Source: an uncultured Candidatus Rokubacteria bacterium (lineage in GTDB: Bacteria; Methylomirabilota; Methylomirabilia; Rokubacteriales; CSP1-6). Taken from it: 64,000 nucleotides of DNA. Shown piece by piece: positions 18,388 through 29,238 of the stretch. The translations under genes were made by a program, and so were the position numbers. Each line of letters starts with the position of its first letter. Within the stretch, counting starts at the first letter, position 1. The notes under the pieces are model-generated. The model was not told the origin of the DNA. It saw nothing but the letters and a program-made list of their open reading frames with translations, and made no database searches. The stretch covers positions 96,001 to 160,000 of the forward strand of contig CAVYTA010000006.1 of the NCBI GenBank assembly GCA_963771355.1, given 5' to 3'.

Positions 18388-20271
18388 TCACCGCGGGCGC
18401 GCTCCGTAGACGGGCGGCGGCGTACCAGCCTCGCGCGCGCCCAGGTCGGGAGCCGCTCCCGCAAAGCCGTCGTTGAAGTTGGGCAGGCGCGTTCCGGCAT
18501 CGATCCCCCTCGAGCGCGGGTGCAGCGTGAAGTCGGCGGGCGGCTGCCGGAGGGTGGTGTGGCTGCTCGGGATTTCCACCGCGGGCTGGAAGATGGGCTC
18601 GGAGAGGATCACCCCATGATGCTCGTACGGGGAGCCCCCGCGCAGCGCATCCAGGCTCGCCCAGGTCGCGTCGAACCGGAACGTGCCACGGGGGAACCAA
18701 CCGTTCCAGTCGAAGTGACTGTGGCGGATGCGGGTGGCGAAGACGACGGTGGAGACCGCCCGACCCTCCGGCCGCCCGGCGCCCACCACGACGTTGTTGT
18801 AGACGCGGAGATTCGAGACCGAGCCCGAGTACTGGAACCAGGCCTGCCCCGTCTTGACGCTGGTGTTGTGCAGGATCAGGGCACCGCTGGGATCGTTGTT
18901 GAGCTTGTAGGGGCTACGGGCGGCGTTGTAGATGACGTTCCGGAACGCATAGGCCGGTCCCCCCCAGACGGGCTGGAAGCTGATCCCGTGCGAGACGTTG
19001 GTGAACCGGTTCCGGTAGGCGCGCACGTTGCGCTCGCTGAGATCCAGCTCGATGCCGTCATCGCCGCCCCAGCGCACGTCGTTGCCGAAGAAGTCCACCC
19101 CGCGATTCGGCTCGGCATACCACTCGCGGCTGATCTCCATCCGACGCCCCTCGCGGTAGCCGCGGTCCATCCCCAGGGAGTCGCCGAATCCCGACAGCGT
19201 GTTGTGGCACACGACGTGACCGCTGCCCCGAACGATGATCCCCTCGAAGTTCCACACGCTGCGGTCGGTGTTGGGCCAGACGACCTCGCGGCCCTCCAGC
19301 ACGTTGTCGCAGATGGTGAGGTTGCGGTTCCGGTGGCCCCGGAGCCGCCCGTCGTCCCCGAGGTCGCCGCCGGCGTTGATGCCGTTGGCCACGCGGCTGA
19401 CCAGGGTCTGCCGGATCACGACACCCTCCGCGTCCGCCACGCGCATGCCCCACACGCTGCCGACGACGCTGAGGCTCTCCACCGTCACGTACGAGCCTAG
19501 AATGCTGAGGCCGGCGCGCGCGCCGGTTGCGTCGAGCACGACGCCTCGCGCGTCCTCTCCCCGCACGACGATGGGGTTCTCGGGCGTCCCGCTCCGCTCG
19601 ATCGCGACCGGGCCCGCGTACTGGCCGGGCGCAAGCGTGATGACGTCTCCGGGCCGTGCGCCCGCCAGCGCCGCCTGCAGCGCGTCCGCGGACGCCACGC
19701 GTACCGGCCGGGGGGCGGCGGGGGCGGCGGGCGGAAGCGCGCGCGTCGCCGTCGTCACCGTCCGGGTGGCGCCGCCGCCGTCGGGATCCTGCACCTCGAC
19801 GCGCACCTCGTAGGAAGCGCCCGGCATGAGGTCGACGATGCTGCCCGCGAACTGCGGGCGGACGGTGAAGCCGATCCGGTCGTCGGTATCGGCGGCGGGC
19901 AGGGTGTCCGGACGCACGCGGAAGAGCGGCAGCGCCTCGCGCCAGGCCCCGCCGGGCTCCCGGTAGGAGACGGTGGCCGTCGCGTTGTAGTTGTCGTCGC
20001 CCTCGATCGAGAGCGAGAAGCCGAGGCAGTGGAAGGTGGGGGGATCGACCTCGAGGGCTCCCACCGTGATGGCGGGCGCCACCGAGGCCACGGCGGGAGT
20101 CGCGGCGTATCCTCGGCGGCCCGGCCGAACAGGAGCATCCGCGCCGCCCGCGCAAGCGGCGAGCAGGCAAGCCGCGAGGCCCAGCGCGGCCAGGCGGACG
20201 ACAGAGTTGCGCCCCGGCCGCCGCGCCCGCGCCTCGACGGCCTCGTCGGTGTCAGGCCGAGCGGGAATCAT
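18388..20271 (-). CDS. Putative lipoprotein with right-handed parallel beta-helix (pectin-lyase-like fold)
   Basis: Lipobox LLAAC; LQAALAGARPGDVITLAPGQY; repeated Asn-ladder strands; C-terminal IDAG..PNFND.F.G.APDLGA; start codon uncertain. Confidence 0.75.
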   Translation of the reverse strand: MIPARPDTDEAVEARARRPGRNSVVRLAALGLAACLLAACAGGADAPVRPGRRGYAATPAVASVAPAITVGALEVDPPTFHCLGFSLSIEGDDNYNATATVSYREPGGAWREALPLFRVRPDTLPAADTDDRIGFTVRPQFAGSIVDLMPGASYEVRVEVQDPDGGGATRTVTTATRALPPAAPAAPRPVRVASADALQAALAGARPGDVITLAPGQYAGPVAIERSGTPENPIVVRGEDARGVVLDATGARAGLSILGSYVTVESLSVVGSVWGMRVADAEGVVIRQTLVSRVANGINAGGDLGDDGRLRGHRNRNLTICDNVLEGREVVWPNTDRSVWNFEGIIVRGSGHVVCHNTLSGFGDSLGMDRGYREGRRMEISREWYAEPNRGVDFFGNDVRWGGDDGIELDLSERNVRAYRNRFTNVSHGISFQPVWGGPAYAFRNVIYNAARSPYKLNNDPSGALILHNTSVKTGQAWFQYSGSVSNLRVYNNVVVGAGRPEGRAVSTVVFATRIRHSHFDWNGWFPRGTFRFDATWASLDALRGGSPYEHHGVILSEPIFQPAVEIPSSHTTLRQPPADFTLHPRSRGIDAGTRLPNFNDGFAGAAPDLGAREAGTPPPVYGARPR

Positions 20272-20320
20272 GGACGATGCTGCGCTCGGGCACGCGACGG
20301 TGTCAAGGACCGATACCCTC

Positions 20321-21330
20321 TCAATGCCGCCGGCGGCCCGGGCGGGCCGGGGCGGGGAGCAGACCATGGTGCCGGCGCCAGCCGGCCGGCGGCATGCCGG
20401 CCGCCTTCTTGAAAGCCCGACTAAACGCCGCTTCGGAGTCGTAACCGACATCGAGTGCCACCGCGGACACCTTGGCAACACCGTCGGCCAGTCGGCGCGC
20501 CGCCAGCTGCATCCTCCAGCGGGTCAGGTACTGCATCGGCGGCTGGCCCACGAACTGAGTGAAGCGCTCCGCCAGCGCCGAGCGTGACAACCCGACCTCC
20601 CGCGCCAGACCTCGAAGCGTCCACGCCTGGGCCGGCCGCTCGTGGAGGAGACCCAGCGCGCGTCCGACCATCCCGTCACGCAGGCCGGCGAGCCACCCCG
20701 ACTGCTCGCCGGTCAGCGTGCCGAGGTGCCGCCGCACCACCTCGACGAACATCAGCTCGCTCAGCCGGAGCCGGATGCACTCGCCGCCCGCGCGCCGCTC
20801 ACTCGACTCCGCGATGGTGAGGGCGATCAGCTGCCGCAGCGAGTCGTCCGCCGCCGACCGGTGAACGTGGAGGAGGCGGGGGAGCGTGCCGAGCAGGGGA
20901 TTGAACGGGCGGACGTCGCAGCCGAGGAACCCGCACACGAGATGAAGCGGCTCCGGGCCGCCGCCGCCCTCGACCACCACGAAGGGAAGCTGGCCGGCGG
21001 ACATCTTCTTCATGAAGTCCAGGACCTCGGCCGCGTCCGGACCCGCGCCGGTAGCCACGTCGATGGACATGACGTAGGATCACCGTGTGGGAACACGAGG
21101 ACATCGCCGGTCTCGATCCGCGTCGGCACGCCGCCGGCGATGCGGCCCCAGCACGAGCCCCGGGTCACCACGTGATAGGAGATGACGTGCTGGGCCCGCG
21201 GCAATATGGCCGGGGCCAGCGCGGCGCCGTCCGGCACCGCGATCTCCCAGGGTGACGACGCCTCGACGAGGAAGTAGAGCGCGCCGGTCAGCCGCACCGT
21301 CCGGAGCACGTCGGAAAGCACGTCCGGGGG
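20321..21330 (-). CDS. AraC family regulator with cupin_6 N-domain, frameshifted near 21077
   Basis: DVLSDVLRTVRLTGA..YHVVTRGSCW..VFPHGD in one frame, then YVMS..W.L..LAREVGLSRS..VGYDSEAAFSRAFK in another; start uncertain. Confidence 0.85.
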
Positions 21331-21506
21331 CGGTGTTCCCGGCGGGGCGGACTCTCGAGCAAGGGCGCCGGACGATCGGGTAGCCCGCGCGCGCGTCCCG
21401 GATGGCGCGACATGCGATCCGGACGCTCGATCATGGCGGCGCGGCACGCTCCGATCATACACTGCGCCTCGACGAGTGCAGCGCCCCCACGACACCAGGA
21501 GGCGGT

Positions 21507-22322
21507 ATGAGCAAGATCGCGAGCGGGCAGGTGAGCGCGAGCGCGGCGGAGATCTACGAGGAGTTCTACCTTCCCGCTCTCTTCCTCGAGTGGGCGCCCC
21601 GCATGGCGGAGGCGGCGCGCGTGGGCGCGGGCCAGCGCGTGCTCGACGTGGCGTGCGGCACCGGAGTGCTCGCGCGAGCCCTCCCCGCGCGGGTGGGGCC
21701 CCGCGGTGCCGTGACCGGGCTCGACATCAACGAGGGCATGCTGGCGGTGGCGCGGCGCCAGGCGCCCGGCATCGAGTGGCGCCAGGGGGCGGCGGAGGCG
21801 CTGCCCTTCGCGGACGCCAGCTTCGACGCCGTGGTCAGCCAGTTCGGATTGATGTTCTTTCAGGATCGGCCGAAGGCGATCGGCGAGATGCTGCGGGTGC
21901 TGCGGCCCGGCGGCCGCCTCGCCGTCGCGGTCTGGGACTCGCTCGAGCGGACGCCGGGCTACGCGGCCTTCGTTGGCCTGCTGGAGCGCCTCTTCGGGAA
22001 GGAGACGGCGGAGGCCCTTCGGTCGCCATTCGTGCTGGGCGATCCGCCGGCCCTTCGCGCCTTGTTCCGGGAAGGGGGCGCGCCGGACGCCCACATCGTC
22101 ACGCACGAGGGCTCGGCCCGCTTTCCCTCGATCGAGTCCTGGGTGTACACGGACGTCAAGGGCTGGACCGCCGCCGACCTGATCGACGAGGCGGGATACG
22201 CGCGGCTTCTCGCCGAGGCCGAGCGTGAGCTGCGCCCCTTCGTCACCGCCGACGGAACCGTTGTCCTCAGCGCGCCCGCCCACATCGTCACCGCCGTCAA
22301 GCCGGGCGGCGGCGCCCGGTGA
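21507..22322 (+). CDS. Class I SAM-dependent methyltransferase
   Basis: AGGAGG RBS; VLDVACGTG, LPFADASFDAV, RVLRPGG. Confidence 0.92.
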   Translation: MSKIASGQVSASAAEIYEEFYLPALFLEWAPRMAEAARVGAGQRVLDVACGTGVLARALPARVGPRGAVTGLDINEGMLAVARRQAPGIEWRQGAAEALPFADASFDAVVSQFGLMFFQDRPKAIGEMLRVLRPGGRLAVAVWDSLERTPGYAAFVGLLERLFGKETAEALRSPFVLGDPPALRALFREGGAPDAHIVTHEGSARFPSIESWVYTDVKGWTAADLIDEAGYARLLAEAERELRPFVTADGTVVLSAPAHIVTAVKPGGGAR

Positions 22323-22339
22323 GCGGGGCCGAGCCGAGG

Positions 22340-23989
22340 TCAGCCTGAGATTCGCTCCTGGCTGGCGTCGCCGGACTCGGGTACCGCCGCCGCGGGCGCG
22401 TCCGGCCGCAGGGTGAAGTAGAAGGTGGCGCCCTCGCCGAACGTGGACTCGGCCCAGATGCGGCCGCCATGGCGCTCGATCACGCGCTGGACGATGGCGA
22501 GGCCCACGCCGGTGCCCTCGTACTCGTCGGCGGGGTGCAGGCGGTGGAACACGCGAAAGAGCTTGTCGGCGTGGCGCATGTCGAATCCGGCGCCATTGTC
22601 CCTCACGTAGTAGACGTCGCCCCGCCGCCCGACTTCGATCCGGGCGGTATCCCGCCGGCGCGTGAACTTGACTGCGTTGGAGAGGAGATTGGTCAGCGCC
22701 TGCTGGAGGAGGCCGGAATCGGCGTCGGCGGTACCGAGCGGGCCCACCGTGAACTCGATGCGCCGGTCCGCGTCGGGGGGACGTACCTCATCCATGGTCC
22801 GGCGCACGAGCGTCTCCAGCGGCACCGGCGCGCGCTCCAGCGCCTGGCGCCCGAGACGTGCGAAGGCGAGTAGATCCTCGATCAGGTGATCCATCTTCCG
22901 GACGCTCTGCTGGATGATGCCCAGGAGCCGGCGGGCCTCCCCATCCAGCCGATCCCCGAAGTCCTCCTCCAGCGCCCGCGCGAAACCGTCGACCGAGCGC
23001 AGGGGCGCGCGCAGATCGTGCGACACCGAGTAGGAGAAGGCTTCCAGGTCCCGGTTCGCTGCGGTCAGCTCCGCCGTGCGCTGCTGGACGAGCCGCCGCT
23101 CACGCCGCTCGCTCTCGTGGGATGCGGCGAGGCGCGCGTAGAGGAGCGCGTGCTCGATCAGGAGCACCCCCAGGACGAAGCTGGCCGCGAGGAGCCCGTA
23201 GATCCGGCCCGCGTAGAAGCCCAGGTCGAAGCGGCCCTGATTGAGGACCGCGGACAGCGCGACGTCGAAGAGCCAGACGCAGAGGACGACCACGAGCCAG
23301 AGGTCGAGCACCGAGTGCGGGCGCCGGCGCCAGAGGGCCCACAGCGCGAGGAGGCTCAGCGCCCAGACGCTCGAGACGACGCCGATCATGGCCGGCGTGT
23401 AGTGGTTGCCCGCCATGATGGCGGGGAGCGCATCCTGCCCTCTGGTCGCGAGAAGGGCTAGCCCGCCCACCGCGGCGAGGGGCGCCGCCACGCAGGCCAG
23501 GATGGCGGCGGCAGGATGGCCGCCCGCGGCTCGACCGGTCGCGAGTCCATCGGGCTTGCAGAGCGCATAGGCGACGACGCAGAGCGGAAAGCCGGCATGC
23601 CAGAACATGTAGAGCCAGGCTGTGGTCTGCGGGCCGGCGCCGAGGAGACCGGTCGGCGCGAAGAGGCCCGGGAAGCTGAGCGTGTGCACGCCCGCCATGC
23701 CCGCGGTGAAGAGATAGCCGGCGGCCAGCACGAGCAGCGCCCGCGTCCGGAGAATGGCGTACTGGCCGAAGAGGAGAACGGCGGTGATCAGGTCGTTGAC
23801 GACGAGGGTGGTCTGGTAGATGGGGATGAACGCCCAGACCGGCGCGAGGGGCACCTTCGCAAAGGGCGCCACCGCGAGGAAGATCGCGCCGCTCACCGCC
23901 ACCACTCCGAGCGCCAGACGCCGATCCCGCTGCCCCGCGGGAATGGTCGACACGAACGCCCCGCTCTCCTCGATGGGGTCGGCTCCCAT
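22340..23989 (-). CDS. Membrane sensor histidine kinase (MASE4-like multi-TM domain)
   Basis: About 8 TM helices with WLYMFWHAGF; FSYSVSHDLRAPL; NLLSNAVKF; DNGAGFD; GTGVGL. Confidence 0.92.
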   Translation of the reverse strand: MGADPIEESGAFVSTIPAGQRDRRLALGVVAVSGAIFLAVAPFAKVPLAPVWAFIPIYQTTLVVNDLITAVLLFGQYAILRTRALLVLAAGYLFTAGMAGVHTLSFPGLFAPTGLLGAGPQTTAWLYMFWHAGFPLCVVAYALCKPDGLATGRAAGGHPAAAILACVAAPLAAVGGLALLATRGQDALPAIMAGNHYTPAMIGVVSSVWALSLLALWALWRRRPHSVLDLWLVVVLCVWLFDVALSAVLNQGRFDLGFYAGRIYGLLAASFVLGVLLIEHALLYARLAASHESERRERRLVQQRTAELTAANRDLEAFSYSVSHDLRAPLRSVDGFARALEEDFGDRLDGEARRLLGIIQQSVRKMDHLIEDLLAFARLGRQALERAPVPLETLVRRTMDEVRPPDADRRIEFTVGPLGTADADSGLLQQALTNLLSNAVKFTRRRDTARIEVGRRGDVYYVRDNGAGFDMRHADKLFRVFHRLHPADEYEGTGVGLAIVQRVIERHGGRIWAESTFGEGATFYFTLRPDAPAAAVPESGDASQERISG

Positions 23990-24224
23990 GCCTACCTATT
24001 GTAGGACCACCGGTCGCAAGATCACCAGAGTCCGGGGGGTGGGATCGGCCCCCACGATTACGCCCATTTGGCGTATGCTGGCGCCGGTGGCGGCCCTCGT
24101 GGTGGTGGGCGCCCAGGCTACCGGGAACTTCTGCCTTCCCTCCGCGGTTGATCGGCCGGCAGTGAGGCCGCCTTCCGATCGGCGGCGATACCCCAACCGT
24201 TCGCTCCCAAGGAGGAAGACGAAC

Positions 24225-24716
24225 ATGAAGAGGACGCGACTCCCCGCCCTGGTGCTGGGTACGATGGTGCTCTTCGCGGCGGCGTCGACCAGCGCCCAGG
24301 CGCCCCCGCCGTCCTACGGCACCCCGATCAGCCTCGAACAAGCCAAGAAGGTCATGGCCGGGGCCGAGGCCGAGGCAAGGAAGAACAACTGGCCCGTCGT
24401 GATCGCCATCCTCGACTCGGGTGGACAGGTGGTCATGCTGCAACGCATGGACAATGCTCAGTGGGGCAGCATCGAGGTGGCGAAGGACAAGGCCCGTTCC
24501 GCGGTGGCTTTCCGCCGGCCCACCAAGGTGTTCCAGGACCTCATCGCCCAGGGTGGTGCCAACATGCGGCTCCTGAATCTCACCGGCGCCAGCATGCTCG
24601 AAGGCGGCATTCCCATCCTCGTGGACGGCAAGATCGTCGGCGCGGTCGGGGTCTCCGGGGTTACCGCTCAGCAGGACGCCCAGATCGGCCAGGCCGGCAT
24701 TGACACGCTGAAGTAG
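24225..24716 (+). CDS. Secreted heme-binding protein, GlcG/HbpS family
   Basis: AGGAGG RBS; signal peptide; RMDNA..GSI.VA..KA, GGIPI..DG..VGAVGVSG. Confidence 0.9.
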   Translation: MKRTRLPALVLGTMVLFAAASTSAQAPPPSYGTPISLEQAKKVMAGAEAEARKNNWPVVIAILDSGGQVVMLQRMDNAQWGSIEVAKDKARSAVAFRRPTKVFQDLIAQGGANMRLLNLTGASMLEGGIPILVDGKIVGAVGVSGVTAQQDAQIGQAGIDTLK

Positions 24717-24724
24717 CTGGTCCC

Positions 24725-24757
24725 GCGGCGGGTCGGACCTCGCGTCCGACCCGCCGC
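24725..24757 (+). terminator. Perfect 14-bp hairpin after the GlcG-like gene
   Basis: GCGGCGGGTCGGAC-CTCGC-GTCCGACCCGCCGC; no U-tract. Confidence 0.55.
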
Positions 24758-25000
24758 ACGGTGGGTCTTACCCCGGGGAGTCAGCGTGGCTGGAGACTAT
24801 CAGCCGCCGATCAGACGGCAGCTCCTCGCTCAAGGCAGCGCCTCACACCGCTAACTCCTAGATAGACTCCACCCCCCTGGAAATCTGTTCCGAGTTGAAC
24901 ACTGGGACATGTCGGGCGGCCCACACGCGCCGAAGCAGCGCAAGGAGCTATCGGCGCCTAATGGTTCCTCGGCGACGGGTCCCGCTAGGCCGCGGGTGGT

Positions 25001-25654
25001 TTACCCATGCAACAGGACATTGAGGAGGGAACTGTGAATGTGCAGGCCGCCGTTGTACTCGATGAAGCCGAGCTTCCTGAATTTATTCATGAACCCACTG
25101 ATCCGCGGCCGGGTGGTGCCGACCATCTCCGCCAGGACTTCCTGACTGATCTTGGCAATGACCGGCTCGGTCTTTCCTTCCTTGCCAAAGCGCGCCAGCA
25201 ACAGGAGTACCCGGGCCAACCGCTTCTCGCTCGAGTTGAACAGCTGATCGACCAGGTCTTCCTCAAAGCGCACATTGCGGGCCAGCAGGTGCGCCATGAA
25301 GCGCTCGGAGAATATCGACTTCTCGTGGAGGAGTCTCATCATGACTCGCTTGTCGATGCGCACCACCGACGCGTCGGTCATCACCGACGCGGTGGCCATG
25401 CGAACGGGCTGACCGGCGAGACACCCTTCGCCAAAGAAGTCACCGCGTCCGAGCATGGCCACCACCGCCGATTTTCCCCGTTCAGAGACGACCGTGAGCT
25501 TGATCTGTCCTCGGTCGATGTAGAACACGGCGTCTGCGGGGTCCCCTTGGGTGAAGACCACTTGCTTCTTCCGGTACGTGGAAATCGATCGGCCGGTGCG
25601 GGTCTTCGTCAGGAACGCCTTCGAGTCGAACTCAGCGGTCGGCTTTCGGCCCAT
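25001..25654 (-). CDS. Crp/Fnr family transcriptional regulator
   Basis: FTQGDPAD, GDFFGEGCL, LFNSSEKRLAR, SQE.LAEMVGTTR HTH. Confidence 0.93.
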   Translation of the reverse strand: MGRKPTAEFDSKAFLTKTRTGRSISTYRKKQVVFTQGDPADAVFYIDRGQIKLTVVSERGKSAVVAMLGRGDFFGEGCLAGQPVRMATASVMTDASVVRIDKRVMMRLLHEKSIFSERFMAHLLARNVRFEEDLVDQLFNSSEKRLARVLLLLARFGKEGKTEPVIAKISQEVLAEMVGTTRPRISGFMNKFRKLGFIEYNGGLHIHSSLLNVLLHG

Positions 25655-25875
25655 GGCGGCCCTCCGTCACTTCGCGGTTCGAAGCGCTTCACCGGAGTCG
25701 ACGTTGCGTCGAGACTGGCGGGAAGATCTATCCGACCCGCGCCCAGTGGACCAAGAATACCATTTTACCCGGCGAAGAGCGCCCGCCGCGCCGGCCGGGT
25801 CCTGAATTCGCGGGGGTTTGGCCGGGTACTTCAGGTGGTACAGCCCTTGCGTGACAATGCCCCGGAGGAACTCGA

Positions 25876-27444
25876 ATGCACGCGTCCCGTCGGGCTTTTC
25901 TGTGGCGCGCCGGCATGCTTGCCGCGCCCTTGCTGCTGTCGCGAAGTCTCGGGGCCGAGGCTTCGGCGCAGTTCAACGTGCGCGACCACGGCGCACGCGG
26001 CGACGGCCGGGCGAAGGATACCCCGGCCATTCAGGCGGCGATCGACGCCGCGGCCCGATCGGGCGGAACCGTCTCCTTCCCGCCCGGCGACTACGTGTCG
26101 GGGACCCTTCGGCTGCGCAGTCACGTCACGCTGCGTCTCGAGGCCGGCGCGACCGTGCTCGCCAGCCCGGATGGTGAGGACTTCGATCCGCCCGAAGAGC
26201 TCGGCTACGAGACATTCACGGATCGCGAAACCGCGGACTTCACCTGGGCGCTTCTCCAGGGGCGGCGGGTGGCACACGTCCGCATTCTCGGGCCGGGCCG
26301 GATCGACGGGAAGGGGACGTCGCGCGGCGGGCCCAAACCGATCGCTTTGAAGGAGTGTCGAAATATCCAGATTCGCGACTTGACCATCGCCAACGCCCCC
26401 AACTACAACATCAGTCTCCTCGGCTGCGACGAGGTCGAGATCGACCGCGTCACCATTCTGAACGGCTACTCGGATGGGATCGACCCGGATTGCTGCCGGA
26501 ACGTGCGGATCTCCCGATGCCACATCGAGGCACGGGACGATGCGGTGGTGCTGAAGACGAGCTTCGCGCTCGGGGTGCGCCGAGCCACGGAGAACGTGAC
26601 GGTGAGTCACTGCCATCTCGTCACCCGGCACAATGGGCTCAAGCTGGGGACGGAATCGACCGGCGATTTCAGGCGTATCGTCATGCGCGATTGCACCATC
26701 GTCGGGCGGCGGTACCCCGTGAAAGGTGAGCTGAGCTGCGGCATTGCGCTGCAAGCGGTGGATGGCGGGGCGCTGGAACGCGTCGTGGTCTCGAATATCC
26801 GCATGACGGATGTCCGCGCGCCCATTTTCGTCCGGCTGGCCCGGCGTGGGCGCGCGCAGGCCGTGCGGACGGCGGGAGTATTGAGAGACGTCTCGATCTC
26901 GAACGTGGTGGCGACCGGCGCGTCCGGGACCTCCTCCATCACGGGCATACCCGGCCACCCGGTCGAGCGGATTTCTCTGCAAAACGTCCGGGTGACGGCC
27001 GCAGGCGGCGGCAAAGCCGAGCTCGTCTCGCTGGACATGCCGGAGATGGAACGACGGTATCCGGATGCCACCATGTTCGGTGACCTGCCCGCGTATGGAC
27101 TCTATTGCCGGCACGTCGTGGGTCTCAAGGTGAACGAGATCGACCTGAGCGTCGCTCAGGTCGACGCGCGTCCGGCGGTGGTGCTGGATGACGTCCGTGA
27201 CGTGGAGTTCCGGGCCATGCGTGTCATGCCGCCGGCCGACGGCGGCCCGACGCTCTGGCTGCATTCGGTGCAGGATGGCCTCGTTCGCGACCTTCGCCCC
27301 CACGCCTCCGGCCCGACCGTGGTCCGGGTCAGCGGCGCGGCAAGCTCGCGGATCCGCCTGCTCGGACCCCGCGACGCCCCGGTCGATCGCCATACGGTGA
27401 TAGTCGATGGGGATGTGATGGCGACGGCGCTCCAAGGCAGTTAA
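25876..27444 (+). CDS. Tat-exported GH28-like / pectin-lyase-fold glycoside hydrolase
   Basis: SRRAFL twin-Arg; FNVRDHGARGDG..DT.AIQAAID; SDGIDP, DDAVVLK, GLKLGTES. Confidence 0.85.
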   Translation: MHASRRAFLWRAGMLAAPLLLSRSLGAEASAQFNVRDHGARGDGRAKDTPAIQAAIDAAARSGGTVSFPPGDYVSGTLRLRSHVTLRLEAGATVLASPDGEDFDPPEELGYETFTDRETADFTWALLQGRRVAHVRILGPGRIDGKGTSRGGPKPIALKECRNIQIRDLTIANAPNYNISLLGCDEVEIDRVTILNGYSDGIDPDCCRNVRISRCHIEARDDAVVLKTSFALGVRRATENVTVSHCHLVTRHNGLKLGTESTGDFRRIVMRDCTIVGRRYPVKGELSCGIALQAVDGGALERVVVSNIRMTDVRAPIFVRLARRGRAQAVRTAGVLRDVSISNVVATGASGTSSITGIPGHPVERISLQNVRVTAAGGGKAELVSLDMPEMERRYPDATMFGDLPAYGLYCRHVVGLKVNEIDLSVAQVDARPAVVLDDVRDVEFRAMRVMPPADGGPTLWLHSVQDGLVRDLRPHASGPTVVRVSGAASSRIRLLGPRDAPVDRHTVIVDGDVMATALQGS

Positions 27445-27488
27445 AGGTGACGCCATCGCGCCTGAGGCTGCTCACGGCGTAGCGCTCG

Positions 27489-27869
27489 TCAACCCTGGAT
27501 CTCGATCCAGGCTCGGCGCCGGATGCGACCGGTCAGCCGGGAGAGCAGATCGGTCAGGCGCATCTGCCAGCCGTACTTGGCCCGCATCGCCCGATGGGCC
27601 CGCTCGATCACGGCGGGCTCGGTGACGATGCGGGCGGCCACCTCCCGCCAGGCGCCGCGGATTTCTCCGCGCATGTCGCAGGGGGCGACCCGCGCGCGCG
27701 AGGAATGCCGCAGGCGCTTGACCTTCCCGGAGTCCTGCGCCGTGAGTAGATAGAGCGGTCCGCCGGTCGCGGCGAACCACACCGGCGTTCTCACCTCGGC
27801 GCCCGAGCGCCGGAATGTCGCGAGACTCAGGTAGCGATGCTCGTCGAGCGCGCTGACCTCCGGCCCCAT
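27489..27869 (-). CDS. PPOX-class putative F420-dependent oxidoreductase (Rv2061-like)
   Basis: YLSLATFRRSG..VRTPVWFA, SGKVKRLR..VAPCD.RG, AKYG. Confidence 0.87.
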   Translation of the reverse strand: MGPEVSALDEHRYLSLATFRRSGAEVRTPVWFAATGGPLYLLTAQDSGKVKRLRHSSRARVAPCDMRGEIRGAWREVAARIVTEPAVIERAHRAMRAKYGWQMRLTDLLSRLTGRIRRRAWIEIQG

Positions 27870-27998
27870 GGAGCGATCGTAGCATCGCCGTAGGGAGTTC
27901 GTGCGCGCGGCGGAGGTGTTCGACGAGACGCCTGACGTGGAGCAGGCGGTCGGGTTCCACGGCTAGGCGTCGAGGCGCGGACGCCCGCGCCGCCGAGG

Positions 27999-29084
27999 CT
28001 ACTTCCGGGTCGCTCGCCGCTCCAGCAGTCGGAGGACGGCGGCTTCTTCCTGGCTGAGGCCGGCCGACTCCCGGCCGGTGACGCCGATCTCGAGGCCGCC
28101 GTCCACGTGGGCGGCGACCACGTCTGGGTGGATGTAGCACTTCCGGCAGATCGTCGGCGTGTTGCCGAGCCGGGCCGCCACCGCGACCACGGCCGCGGTG
28201 AGGCGGCGGCGGGTATCGCCGCCGTCGGGGTCCGGGGTGGCCAGTGCGAGGGCGGCGAGCACGGTACCGCCCCAGGTGCGGAAGTCCTTGGCGGTGAACT
28301 CCTCGCCGGCGATCCCGCGCAGGTAGTCGTTGACGTCCGCCGAGTCGATCGCCTGCCGCTGCCCGGCCTCGTCGAGGTACTGAAAGAGCTCGTGGCCGGG
28401 CAGATCCTGGCAGCGCCGTACCACGCCGGCGAGCCGGCGGTCGCTCACGTCGACGGTGTGGCGCTTGCCGCCCTTGCCGCGGAACTCGAAGCGCAGCCGC
28501 GCGCCCGCCACGGTGACGTGCCGGGCGCGGAGCGTGGTGAGGCCGTACGAGCGGTTCTCGCGCGCGTACTCCGCGTTGCCGACGCGAATGAGGGTCGTCT
28601 CGAGGAGGCGGACCACGCCGGCCAGCACCTTCTCGCGCGGCAGCCCGGGGAGGGCCAGGTCCCGCTCCACGCGCTCGCGGATCGCCGGCAGCGCGCGCCC
28701 GAACTCGATGACTCGGTCGAACTTGGCCTCGTCGCGCACGGCCCGCCAGCGCGCGTGATACCGGTACTGCTTCCGGCCGCGCGCGTCGCGGCCCACCGCC
28801 TGGATATGCCCGTGGGCCACGGGACAGATCCACACCTCGGCCCACGCCGGTGGGATCGCCAGGCTCCGGATTCGCCGCAGGGTGGGGAGGTCGCTCACCG
28901 GGTGCCCGTCGACGCCGAGGTAGCGGAACGCGCGCCCGTGGCGAATCCGCTGGAGTCCCGGGCGCGCGTCGGAGACATAACGGAGCTGGGCGGCATCCGC
29001 TGCCACCCCGGCATCGAGCGCGATGCGGCGCATCCGTGGCCGGCGGCGAGTCTTCGGAGCGGCTGGAACCAGCGCCAAAGCCAT
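27999..29084 (-). CDS. DNA topoisomerase IB (bacterial, poxvirus-like)
   Basis: IPPAW..VWIC..GHIQA.GRDARGRKQYRYH, IRVGN, FRGKGGK, TAKDFRTW, LGNTP.ICRKCYIHP (catalytic Tyr). Confidence 0.95.
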   Translation of the reverse strand: MALALVPAAPKTRRRPRMRRIALDAGVAADAAQLRYVSDARPGLQRIRHGRAFRYLGVDGHPVSDLPTLRRIRSLAIPPAWAEVWICPVAHGHIQAVGRDARGRKQYRYHARWRAVRDEAKFDRVIEFGRALPAIRERVERDLALPGLPREKVLAGVVRLLETTLIRVGNAEYARENRSYGLTTLRARHVTVAGARLRFEFRGKGGKRHTVDVSDRRLAGVVRRCQDLPGHELFQYLDEAGQRQAIDSADVNDYLRGIAGEEFTAKDFRTWGGTVLAALALATPDPDGGDTRRRLTAAVVAVAARLGNTPTICRKCYIHPDVVAAHVDGGLEIGVTGRESAGLSQEEAAVLRLLERRATRK

Positions 29085-29097
29085 GGGGGCGGATGGA

Positions 29098-29112
29098 GCA
29101 AGCCATGTGCCA
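29098..29112 (-). promoter_or_regulatory. Sigma-54 promoter of topoisomerase IB
   Basis: TGGCAC-ATGGC-TTGC, an exact TGGCAC-N5-TTGC match, 13 nt before ATG 29084. Confidence 0.72.
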
Positions 29113-29238
29113 CGGGGTCTCCGGGACCCCGGAAGGGGCGAAAGGCGGCTTCCAGGGGCTGCTAACGGGCCCGGTTGACCGCGATGGTCACCCCGGGTGG
29201 ACAGCGAGCGGCACGTGGCGCAGCAATTGCGCGGGTGC

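Noticed and set aside
24886..24901. TGTTC-N6-GAACA palindrome
   Set aside because: Lies between convergent genes, single copy, no nearby promoter
25746..25760. GTGGACCAAG half-match to the palindromic operator upstream of the Crp gene
   Set aside because: Right half is absent and spacing to the -10 box does not fit
27901..27966. 21-codon ORF (VRAAEVFDETPDVEQAVGFHG) with GGGAG upstream
   Set aside because: Too short to support without a homology search; may be a gene remnant
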